Positions 12,533 to 24,125 of a DNA stretch of 64,000 nucleotides are shown here, piece by piece (the first letter of the stretch is position 1; each line of letters opens with the position of its first letter). The DNA is taken from positions 13,764,001-13,828,000 of the forward strand of contig CP075493.1 of NCBI GenBank assembly GCA_021613535.1, written 5' to 3'. Source of the stretch: Adineta vaga. Lineage: Eukaryota > Animalia > Rotifera. Under the pieces are notes generated by a model. That model had not been told where the DNA came from. It was given only the letters and a program-made list of their open reading frames with translations, and searched no databases. Both the position numbers and the translations under genes were made by a program.

Positions 12533-15500
12533 TTAGTTACATTCATTCAAAAGTATATTCATTGTTTCAGATCTGTCTTCGACAATGAGAATATCTTGCA
12601 GTTTATCATTGTTAAAATCACCGACGACCATCAAAGTATAATCAGCATTTTTAATTTTAGAAGAAAATATTGTTTGTTTATCAAAGTTTTCATTTCTTTG
12701 ATTAATTAATAAGGATGCACTATATGGTTCTTTTTGGCTAGTACCTATGTCGAAATAACCATCATTGTTAAAGTCAGTAATAACGATGGAAGACATTTTC
12801 TTAGCATCTTTGAAGAAATAGTTTTTTGCCGTACCCAAAGTTCGATTACCATGTTCAGACATCATTGTTATCTTGTTTGTATATCCATGTATAAGAACAA
12901 TATCTAATCGAGTGTCATTATCGAAATCGGTAACTACCATATCGGTCGGATGACTACCAGCCTTAGCAAAAAACGGTTTTCGTGCCTGAAAATTCCCGTT
13001 TCCATCTCCCAAAAACAATCCAACATGTTGTGTATCAGAATTAAGAACGAGAATATCGTGATAGTCATCTCTATTGAAATGAACAACAGCTAGTGCTACT
13101 GGATAACTGTCATAGCCAGTTGAAAACAAAATTTCCTCGGAAAAAGTCATGTTGTAACCTCCGAAAAATATGCCAATATTGTTATTTAATCCATTGGCAA
13201 CGACAATATCTAAATAACTATCATTATTAAGCTGAGCTGCACGTATGTATTCTGGAAAAGTACTGTCTTTTGTTGTAAATGTTAGTAATGTCTTAAAAGT
13301 TCCATTGACCTCTCCGAGAAAAATACTTATTTGATCTGTGAAATCATAAATTAAAGCAAGATCTAATTGATTGTCATTGTTAAAATCAGTAGCAATCATT
13401 CCCGATACCAAACTATCCGCTTCGACGAATGATCGTATTTCATTTTCAAAATACCCACTACCATTACCAAGTCGAACGACAATACTCTGACTGTCATCAT
13501 CGAAATATGCGAAATCAATTTGATGATCATGATTAAAATCTGCAACAATATGCGATTGTGGACTAGCTTTGAAACTACCTGTGTAATTTGATATCTGTCG
13601 GAATTTTAATTGACAATCTATGAGCAATTCAAAGAAAAATTGTTTAGTTAGAAAGCTGAAGAATATATTTTAGACTAACTTGTTTTAGTCGATATTGTTG
13701 TATTCATGACGTTGACTGTGGTAGTACTACTGAGTGTTGAAATTGATATGTTAAGATCTAAGAGAAAAGATTGATTTCAAAATAATCTCGATGAATTCCT
13801 ACCTCGTCGAATAATACAAATGGAAAGCGATATAAGGAATAGTATTGTCATTAGAATTAATAAACATATCCCAATGATTTTATTAGAACATTGAATTAAT
13901 GGAATCATTTGTGTTTTCGTTGATTCTGCAATAATGGTTTCAACAGGAAGATGTGGCAAAGATTTCTTTCTATATTGATAGATTTTGAAGATAATTCGAA
14001 TGCATTTTGGACATATTATCTTCAGAATAATCGTCAGACCGCCTTGAAAACCAAGTAGAAGAGTTACAAAGTATAATAAATTGGCTCGTTTAATGTATGT
14101 ATATGAACATATTGAAGGTAAACATGCTTTATAATATAATGAATAATTCATTGTTATTTTCCAGTCTTCAACGAATAAATTATCAATGAGTTTTTCAATT
14201 GTTGTTTTCATTGGAAATCGACTTTCATCTGTGGTTAAAACACTCGAAGTTATTATGAATTTGTTTGAATTTGTATATTTTTGAATAAGATGAATACACG
14301 CTAGATCATAGAAACACTCTAGAGTTGAACTACGAAATGATTCACTTGGCGTACAACCAATTTTTAAACCTTTAATTAGATCTCTTTCCAACGAATTCCT
14401 ATTGATAAAATATGCTTGACTTGTACAATTCGAATATAGAGCACAAGAACATTGATTATCATAGGTAAGAGATTCAGTTGCCATATATTCGAACTTTTTA
14501 GCTGAATTCCATTGAACAGTATAGCGAAAATTTGTTCCATATGTTGAAACGATACTATTTCCATGATTGAGATTTCGAATTAGAAAGAGAAGTTGAGTGA
14601 ATGTTCTAGGAGCTGTATTTTTCATCTGTTGAATTCGTAGATTAAGACGTTGATCAAAATTAGTTTTTGACAAAAGTTGAGTAGTGACCAACAATGTAGA
14701 AAGAAACTGTTCGATAGTATTATTTACTATTTCATTCGAATGATAACATAATTCAGAGAGATAATACATATGAGCGAAGAGAAAACGACGATAATCTTTT
14801 CGTTCATAAATCAGAAGATTAGAATCAAGACCAGCTAATAGATTAGTTCTCCAATTAGCCGAAACAAAGAAACTTGAACAGATCTAAAGTTCATAATTTA
14901 AAAAAAGCGTAGTGAAATGAAGTAGTATTAGTTCTTTACTTGATGAAATCTTGGTTGAATTTCAATAAATTGATTGTGAGTCAATGAAATAGATGAACAA
15001 GAACATTTTAATTGATCTCCATATTTTAATATAAGTTTATTGTATAAATCCAGTGGTGGATTAGAAAAAGGTTTTGTTATAGAATCAGGTTTAATAATAG
15101 TATATAGGGCGAGAACAATAAAACCAATAGTAAGTAGGACAATATAGATTCGAGTAGTCAATCGTCCGAGGCGTTGAGCTGTCATCTGGTTAACATTACG
15201 TCCAAAGTTATGATTAGGAAATAGATTTAGACCAATTAATTGAGTATATAAAAGTAAAAATAATTTCATTATCATTGTTTTCAGTCGGCTAAGACACGTT
15301 GAACGTACGTCTGAATCTAAAAGAAAACATCACTATTTTTTCTCCTGAGTCTTCAAAACTACCTTGTTGTTGTTGCTGTTGCTTTTTGAAAATCAACAAA
15401 AGAAGATGAAAAATCAGATTGACAAGATGTGGTGTAAGAAAACGTAATGATGTAGTAAGACCTCCAATCATTGAAATCAATGTTGCTGTTATAGCAAAAA

Positions 15501-18346
15501 CATTTCTTCTACGAATCTTCTTCAAATAAGTACAAAACGTTGGTGCGCATCTTTCAAAATATTGTTCATACGAAATAGTTTGATTCCATTTCTCAATCAT
15601 TTTATTTTCAACTAGTGTCCCAATTGAAGTATTCGGTAAAAAGTTACTTAATTTTGAATTGTGAATGAGAGGACGAGCATATAATGTGGATATATAATCA
15701 TCTTTTCGTTCAAATGTGTATTCAACAAAACGCATCAATAAATAATAACAATCTGAATTCGAATAGAAACATTCCATTGTTGAGAGTAGAAGAGATTCAG
15801 TAGCTGAACAGCTTTCAAACCATCCTGGCACTGAATAAGTTTCATCAAAAACATACTGATATCCCAACATAGATCCAAAGTTGTAAATTGTACTTAGGCT
15901 TTTACAATCCGGATTTGTCATGCAATTACATTGCATTAATTTTGTGTCAATATCATGAGTTCCGATAGAAGGAAGTGTGAGCTAAAAACGAGGCAGATCC
16001 TTTTCAGGAAAGAACTAAATGCGAGCAATATTTACTTGAATTGATGACTCGTCAGTCGTCTGATTTTTCGTAATGTTGGCGAGTATTGTTGGATATACAC
16101 CTTTTTCATGCCGATGTAATGTTACTCGATATGGTTGATCCACTTGTATAAGAAGATTTAGTGTTTTCATTAAAAGATTAAATTGCGAATTTTTAAACAG
16201 GAAAAATCGTTGGAGATTTTCTTCTATTTGTATTCTGAAATCTTTTTCGGACAATACATCTGAACTGATGAAGAATTTCGACATAAAACGATGCACCATA
16301 TCTTGCACAGTGTTATTAGAAACTTGACAAATATTTGACAATAATCGGAATTGTGCTGAAGCTCTATTACGCCAATCCGTGGGTTCTTCTGTTACTGCAA
16401 TTTCTGCTAGTATCAAAATCCAACGACTATCAACAAAATCACTAGAACATATTTGATGTAAGATTGGGTTCAATGAAATAAACGTTCTATAAGAAATTGC
16501 TAGAGTAGAACATGGACATTTGAGTGTATCTGGATATAAAACTTGTAAATTTTGATAAATCATTCTCGATGGATTTTGTACTGTTATTGTTATTGTTTCG
16601 CTACTCAAGGTAGTAAATAGAAGAAGAACAAGTGACGAAACTATATAATGAAAGAAATAGATGAAATATATTTGATGAAAGCAATCATACCAGTCAGTAG
16701 GATTAGATAAGTACGGGAAATAATCTGTTGCCGTTTGATATCTTCTTCCGTTCTTTGATGATTTGTTTTGAATAAGTTTAGCCGTTTTGCTGATTGAAGA
16801 AAATTCTGTAAATGGATCTGATAAGATACTAAAGAAGTATTTGTATTTGTTGGACGATAACGAAATTTAAATACTATACGGACAAGAAATGGTGCCAACA
16901 AATGAAACATAATAACAAGACCACCGTAGAGACTAGCTAAAAAAGTGATTGCATAAAAAGCATTACTTCGATTTATGCTTGTATATGTGCAAGTTAAAGG
17001 AGAACATTTTGCAAAATATTTCGAATAATTCACTTCTGTTGACCATTCTTCAACGAAAAGATTATTTAAATAATCATTCATAGAAAGGTTCCTTTGTTTT
17101 CCTGTAAGACGAAACATATTCCAGTTCAAATCAATCTAATGAAAAACATAAGGGAATTCAATAGAATTTATGAAAAAATTACCTCTGTGAGTTTTGGAAA
17201 ATATTTCACTAATAACTCAATACATTCGACATGATACAAACAATCAAATGTACTATGAAGAACAGCTTGAAAAGGGGTACATCCTGCAAAAAATCCACGA
17301 ATAAATGTCGAATTTGGCTTAGCGTCTGTCCATGCACCACGATTTGAAAACGTTTCATCGTTCAATGATGAAAGGAAAATTGATTCACTAGTTGGATTAG
17401 AATCACCACACATCACATAATCTTCGAAACCCATACTGTAAAAATAATAACAGATTTCTTTGGCTGTAATACGAATTAAATTATGTCTAAATTCAGTTTT
17501 AAATAATGCATTTGTATTTAGAGCGGAAATCAAGTAGTTCGCCAGATTGGTCGTATTTATATACTTGAGAAACGAAATAATTTGCATTGAAACACTGTTT
17601 TTAAACGAATCAATAGTTGCATTCACTTCGGATTCAATTTGTTTTTTAGTTAAAAGATTTGTACTAATAAATTCATTGTTGTCAATATCAATTTGACCTT
17701 GTGAAATTGTCTCCATTGCAATCGAACAAAGACTGGACAAAAGGGCGAACTAAATATGAATAAAATTATGTGCCATCATTTTATGCGAGTGAAATGTTCT
17801 TAGGATTTAATTTTAACTTACCTGGTGGCTAGCAGTTGCACGAAAATCGCTCACATGATGTTGACTAGCATTTTCTAGATGCAATGCTTCGATCCATTGT
17901 GGACTCGTAAAAATGCTCGTGCAAATCGGATAAAAGTGAGTGTTTTGAGAAAGGAAAACTTCATACAGCATTGAGATGGTTGTACAAGGACACGAAAGTG
18001 TTTCATGATATTTCATATGAAGGTTCTTAAAGATTGATGGAGTTATGTCAAAGATAATTATCGACTCAGGTTGCGGTTTGATTAAAGCAGTATAAAAAAG
18101 AATGTAGAGACAAACTATAAAACAATTAGGAAAGTACACATATATACATATACTCTCAAAGATGTGAAAATAGCTCGTATGTGGCCTACCTATGAGAAGA
18201 AAAATATACAACCATGTTGCATATTTTTGTTGTTTACGAGTAATTGAGGAATCATTTTCATCAGTATGATCGTGTTCTTCGGGCAAAAAAAGACTATAAT
18301 TATATATTCGATCATATAACCAAACACAAAAGACTTTCAGATTCAT
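12533..18346 (-). CDS. Multi-exon membrane protein: three tandem TM-Cys-rich loop-TM modules, an extra TM, a Ser/Thr stalk and C-terminal FG-GAP/VCBS repeats
   Basis: ORF pieces 17813-18346, 17168-17740, 16641-17129, 16015-16608, 15289-15936, 14928-15275, 13777-14769 and 12533-13627 are joined by short introns. Each module has L(K/S)C(P/S)C, IC(S/T)S, ST.(D/E)C(F/L)Y, E.W...Y..Y...C.P..C(T/S)Y and GGL. The C-terminus has DFNNDxxLD repeats. Confidence 0.8.
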
Positions 18347-18960
18347 CTAGAATTTCTGTAAAATGAATGTTGTCAGTTGACAATAAAATAATATGAGTAT
18401 ATTCTATTCTTAAAATCTACTTTTACATACCTGACTGCTTCACTACGAGAACAATTGTGCTTGAAAAATATTTCTTCTCTGGCGTCAACTATTTTTTTTC
18501 AGTTACACTTCATCATTTTGATTTATTAACTTCAGATCTTATAAAAGGTTCCTTTATATTCTAGTTTTTCTTTTACCTTAAATTAGTATGATTGATATGC
18601 TTGTCTGCTACTAAGGAAAAAAAGCACGTAGATAAACAATTGTTCATCTTCCAAAGTTAGCCATCTTCTACGCTTCTTGCACAGCAAATATTGCTAAGGA
18701 AAAAAGAAATCTTAATTATTAAGTAATTTCATCAGTAAGATGGTTAAGAGTCATTCTAGGCTGTTAGAAAACATGCGAATATTTCCATACATGAATGCGT
18801 TTTGACCATTTTGATAAGTTCATGCAGTCGACCCGCATTGTTCTCATTGATATAATTCTGATTTGAGTTTAACAAGACAGATACAAGAAAGCTTTTCATT
18901 GCATCCTCTTTTGGGCTATAAAATATGAAACTCACATGGTATATTCGCGATAAAAATTCT

Positions 18961-19031
18961 TCTTTAAACATCTAAACATACATCTCGATAGAATATGAAT
19001 AATGAATGAGCAGATGCTCATACTCTTAAGA
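18961..19031. repeat. Dispersed repeat copy (~70 nt shared with ~24019-24090)
   Basis: TCTTTAAACATCTAAACATACATCTCGATAGA.TATGAATAATGAAT...AGATGCTCA occurs at both sites. Confidence 0.75.
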
Positions 19032-19397
19032 GACGGTCCATGACAGGAACGAGTATACTACTCATGTACGAAGCATTTGTCAAAATTTTTTTTTTTTTTA
19101 TTTTGCACTCTCATTCGAATCAGCAGTATTTCGGTCATAAAATGAGTTTTACTCATTGAAAACGTATTTGTAAATAGCTCATTTTGTTCAGCATTTCGTG
19201 CTCTATCTTTTGGTGTATTACATTAAAATTTGATAAAGCTTATGTCATGATATATATGTCGCAGGTATAATTAAAATATTCCTTTCGTCCGATAGTAGTA
19301 TTAAAACGACGTAATGGATGTATACAGAAGAAACGCTTCATTTGTTATTTAAGTGAATAGTCAGACACGTTTCACTGTTTTATTTTCATCGAAGGAT

Positions 19398-19752
19398 TTT
19401 ACAACTTACTGGATGAACATATTGAGGGTCTGAAGAAAAAGTTTCAGGAGATGTGCAATTCAAATTCTGGGTAAATAAACACTTTAAATAAATTAAAATT
19501 GGTGATCAAAATGTTGTATATGAAATGAAATCTAATCTTCTTGTTGCTACTTATGAAAATTTGTACACGAAAACCAATGAATGTCATGAAAGAGTTGGTC
19601 ATCACGGTAGAGATAAAACGTGGTTAGCGGTAGGGAGAATTAAAATTTGTAACAGGATCATATAATATGTTTCTAGGTCAAAGATCAATACTATTTATAC
19701 AAATAAAAATACAAGTATATATGTTACAAACTATCTACCTTGCAATCGTAGG
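19398..19752 (+). mobile_element. Degenerate integrase fragment with H2C2 zinc-binding start (KRBA2/Ginger-like)
   Basis: FKFWVNKHFK*IKIGDQNVVYEMK...YENLYTKTNECHERVGHHGRDKTWLA, then a GT-AG intron (~19630-19676), then VKDQY; contains stops and frameshifts. Confidence 0.6.
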
Positions 19753-20240
19753 ACAAGTCGAGATTATTATGGAATTGAATTATATTATTCACATTTATCA
19801 TCAACCCATAATTGTTCAAAAGAATTTTACTGTCCGTATGGAACTATTGATGAAGTTAGTTATTCAACATTTGAATCAATTGAACAAGATCAAGAATATC
19901 CTGAATTACGTGAAAATATTGTCTTTGATGATATACTCATGCAAAATATACTTAGTTTCAATATAAAATCTGTTCATTGTTTACTTGTATCGCCTACAAT
20001 ATGAGTTCTACATGTTATGATTATTGTTTGTATTGTAGTAGTTGAAATAAGACTTTCTGAAACATTTTATCTTCATCAACATTGTATTCGAGATCTTACC
20101 AAACGAATATTTCGAAAAATAGATCGAATCGGTGAAAGAGAGGCATTTTTGTTCTTCTGATTTTTAGGTGTGGATTGGTGGTTTCATTACAACAGCAATA
20201 ATCGTTTTTATTATATCAGTATATGTTTTTTCGAATGAAT

Positions 20241-20563
20241 TTAGGAGAGACATTTTACATGTACGATGGAACACAAGCTCATTATGCTCAATACGTTCGA
20301 TACTTCCTGCATGAAACACTTTCTGATCGGTGGATTGGCCGACATGGACCAATTGAGTAGCTCAAATGATTACTTCTTATGCGGGTGATCAAAGACTGCG
20401 TATATGCAACAGAACATAAAGGTCTTCAACAACTTCACAATGCTATTTTTACAAAGATGGAAAGTTTACCGGAAGAATTATGTCATACCGCTTGTCAATG
20501 AGTACCTGAAAGACTACAACTTTGCAAAGACTTAGAGGGTAAACACATTGACCAATATTTGTG
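20241..20563 (+). mobile_element. Degenerate Tc1/mariner-superfamily transposase C-terminal fragment
   Basis: YMYDGTQAHYAQYVRYFLHETLSDRWIGRHGPIE* matches the QDGAPAH...RWIGR.GPIEWPPRSPDL pattern. Later frames give DYFL, VYAT and ERLQLCKDLEGKHIDQYL. Confidence 0.75.
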
Positions 20564-20985
20564 AAACGTTTCGTGGTGAAAACCTTCAACGAAGCAATTT
20601 TCTGTGTAGTTTTCTTAGAGCTCAAACATGTTGGCATCTTTATAGGTTATTTTGTATATGAACGTGTCAGATCAGGTGACGCGACTCCAATATGATTCAT
20701 ATGTTGCATGTTTAGCTTATACCAACTAGTATATATATATGCTATAAATATCAGATGTAAACAACGATATATAAGAAAGAAATAAAAAAAACTCTCTGTT
20801 ATGTGACTTATGAGCCATTCTTACATTAACGCCATCTTCTTGGATAAACTAACTATTCGTTACTGTTTAAATCGTCACACTTCATTCGTTTTCAATAACG
20901 AAAAAGTAACTATTTCAGTATAACAAACTGCTTCTTGTAATAAATAAAATATATTCAAAGCCTTCTATTTTCAACAATCTCTTGT

Positions 20986-23818
20986 ATGGAGTCTAAGAAG
21001 AGTATGTACACATTTTTAACATTGCCTGTCGAACTAGTTTATCGAATTATGGATCATCAGAGCGATTTTACACTGTTTTATTCAATACAAAATGTTTGTG
21101 GACGTTTCAATCAAATCCTTAACACTTACCATCGATATCGAGTAAGTTTGCTAAATGTTTTAACTATTTTCTCGTGTGCTCTACCACACAAGGAGCCTAG
21201 CAATATCTTATTTAATGACTTTACTCGAAAAAGAAGCAATTCCTACGAGTGAGTCAACCAAAACATTGACTCATGTTATTACACAACAAACACTTCTATA
21301 TTCTGTTCTTTTCTCTCCATGCCCATAAAATACACTTCTTATCCAATATATGATCGTGAACAAAGCTAGTATAAAATCGTCCAATCATAAAACACTTTTC
21401 TCACTTCAAACAGATGTCCCAATTGAATCTTTCAGACAATGAGACAACTTTAGCTCAAAACAACCAGAAAACAGAAAGGGCGCTGCACAACACTAAAGCA
21501 GAACTAAATGTTCTCTTTCATTCATTAACTGTGAAATAACAAATAAAATATATTACAAATCAAACAGTATCATTAACTTCAGTATCTTCCGCAAAATCCT
21601 GAAATATAAGGAAATCTTTGTCGTCTATAAAACTAAAACATAGGTGAAAATCACTTCTCCCTATGAGCAACAATCGTTCCATCAACTATGAATAAACGAG
21701 AAACTTACAAAAACTGTTCAAAGTTGAAAGGTCCATGTCTTTGCATAATCCACCCAAACAAACTATATGCAAACCCTTACACACACCTTCACCAGAATTC
21801 TCTTGAAATCCCACATCTGTTTAAAAAAAACGTTAATCCGAAGAACCGATTGCCATACATATCTTTTCAAATCATACATTCTCTGTACAGAAACTCACCA
21901 CACTAAATCTCTCACAGAAACGATTCGGCGAGAAAGGAGCACAGCACATCCGTGATGCCTTGCGAACGAACACGGTAACATTTATTCGCTCTTCACAGAA
22001 CTCATGCATTCATCATCTCTCTTCTTCATAGACAGTCATAACACTGAACCTCGATTACAATCATATCGGCGCTCACGGAGCAGAACATATTGGCGATGCC
22101 TTGCGAACGAATACGGTAACATTATTTATTCGCTCTTTGCAGAACTCATGCATTCATCGTTTCTCTCATATTTAGGCACTCACTACACTAAATCTCGTGA
22201 GAAATGGAATCGGCGGCGAAGGAGCACAACATATTGGCGATGCCTTGCGAACGAACACGGTAACATTCATTTGCTCTTTACAAAACTCATGCATTCATCT
22301 TTTCTCTCATATTTAGACACTCACCACACTAGAACTTCAATGGAATGAAATCGGCGATCAAGGAGCAGGATATATTGGCAAAGCATTGCGAACGAACACG
22401 GTAACATCGATTAGCTCTTTACACAACGCAACATCCATCGTTTCTCTCATCTGCAGATACTCACCACACTAAACCTTGGATCCAACGAAATCGACGATGA
22501 AGGAGCACACCATATTGGCGATGCCTTGCGAACGAATACAGTAATATTTATTCGCTCTTTGAAGAACTCATGCATTCATCTTTTCTCTCATATTTAGGCA
22601 CTCACTACACTAGACCTCAATGACAATCAAATCGGCGCTCGCGGAGCTCAACATATCGGTGATGCCTTGCGAACAAATACGGTATTATTTATTTTTTCTT
22701 AACAGAACTCGTGCATTTATCTTCTCTCTCGGAGATAGACACTCACCACACTAAACCTCGCATATAATCGAATCGGCGGTGAAGGAGCACAACATATCGG
22801 TGATGCCTTGCGAACGAATATGGTAATATTTATTTGCTCTTTACAGAACTCATATATTCATCTTCTCTGTCATATACAGACACTCACCACACTGGAACTT
22901 GACTGGAATCAAATCGGCGATCAAGGAGCACAGCATATTGCTGATGCCTTGCTAACAAACACAGTAAGATTCATTTGCTCTTTACAAAACTCATGCATTC
23001 ATCTTCTCTATCGTTTATAGACACTCACCACACTAGAACTTCAATGGAATGAAATCGGCGATCAAGGAGCAGGATATATTGGCAAAGCATTGCGAACGAA
23101 CACGGTAACATCGATTTGCTCTTTACACAACGCAACATCCATCGTTTCTCTCATCTGCAGATACTCACCACACTAAACCTTGGATCCAACGAAATCGACG
23201 ATGAAGGAGCACACCATATTGGCGATGCCTTGCGAACGAATACGGTATTATTTATTCGCTCTTTGCAGAACTCATGCATTCATCGTTTCTCTCATATTTA
23301 GACACTCAATACGCTAAACCTCAATCACAATCAAATCGGCGCTCACGGAGCTCAACATATCGGTGATGCTTTGCGAACAAATACGGTATTATTTATTTGC
23401 TCTTTACAGAACTCATGCATTTATCTTCTCTCTCGGAGATAGACACTCACCACACTAAACCTCGCATATAATCGAATCGGCGGTGAAGGAGCACAACATA
23501 TCGGTGATGCCTTGCGAACAAATACGGTATTATTTATTTGCTCTTTACAGAACTCATATATTCATCTTTTCTCTCATCTTTAGGCACTCACTACACTGAA
23601 CCTCCATGCCAATGAAATCCGCGATGAAGGAGCACAACATATCGCTGATGCTTTGCGAACGAATACCGTAACATTCATTCGCTCTTGACAGAACTCATGC
23701 ATTCATCTTTTTCTCTCATCTTTAGGCACTCACCACACTAAACCTCAATCACAATCAGATCGACGATCAAGAAGGACAACATCTTCGGAATTGTTTAGGA
23801 AATAGGGTGACATGGTAA
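20986..23818 (+). CDS. F-box-like N-terminus plus 14 ribonuclease-inhibitor-type LRRs, one per exon
   Basis: Exon 1 is 20986-21141 (FLTLPVELVYRIMD...SIQNVCGRFNQIL, phase 0). LRR exons start at 21891, 22032, 22176, 22317, 22457, 22598, 22739, 22880, 23021, 23161, 23302, 23443, 23584 and 23726. The first 13 are 84 nt with GT-AG boundaries; stop at 23816-23818. Confidence 0.9.
21891..23790 (+). repeat. Tandem array, ~141-bp unit (84-nt exon plus 56-60-nt intron), 14 units
   Basis: Exon and intron sequences both repeat; units 4-7 recur as units 9-12 at an exact 704-nt offset. Confidence 0.95.
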
Positions 23819-24125
23819 CTCTGGATTGTTATATATTATTCTGTAATACGTTTTTAGTGTAAAATTCTTTTTTTGAAAAAATGGTGAAGAAGAATAGATA
23901 ATATACTCTAGCGTACGAAGCGTTAGTATTTGGATGATAGCATTTTGTGGGTGTGGGTGTAGGTAGCACATTAAAATAATCAATCTCACATTCGGTCTCA
24001 CCCAAACCCAAAAATTCGTCTTTAAACATCTAAACATACATCTCGATAGAGTATGAATAATGAATATGAGAAGATGCTCACACATTCTTAAAAATACTTT
24101 TATTAAAAATATCAAAATTAGTCTA

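Noticed and set aside
22004-23301. ORFs 22004-22348, 22808-23020 and 23116-23301
   Set aside because: Unspliced read-through or off-frame translations of the LRR array.
21891-23790. CRISPR-like repeat/spacer appearance
   Set aside because: The units are coding exons with GT-AG introns and codon-structured variation; no cas genes; eukaryotic context.
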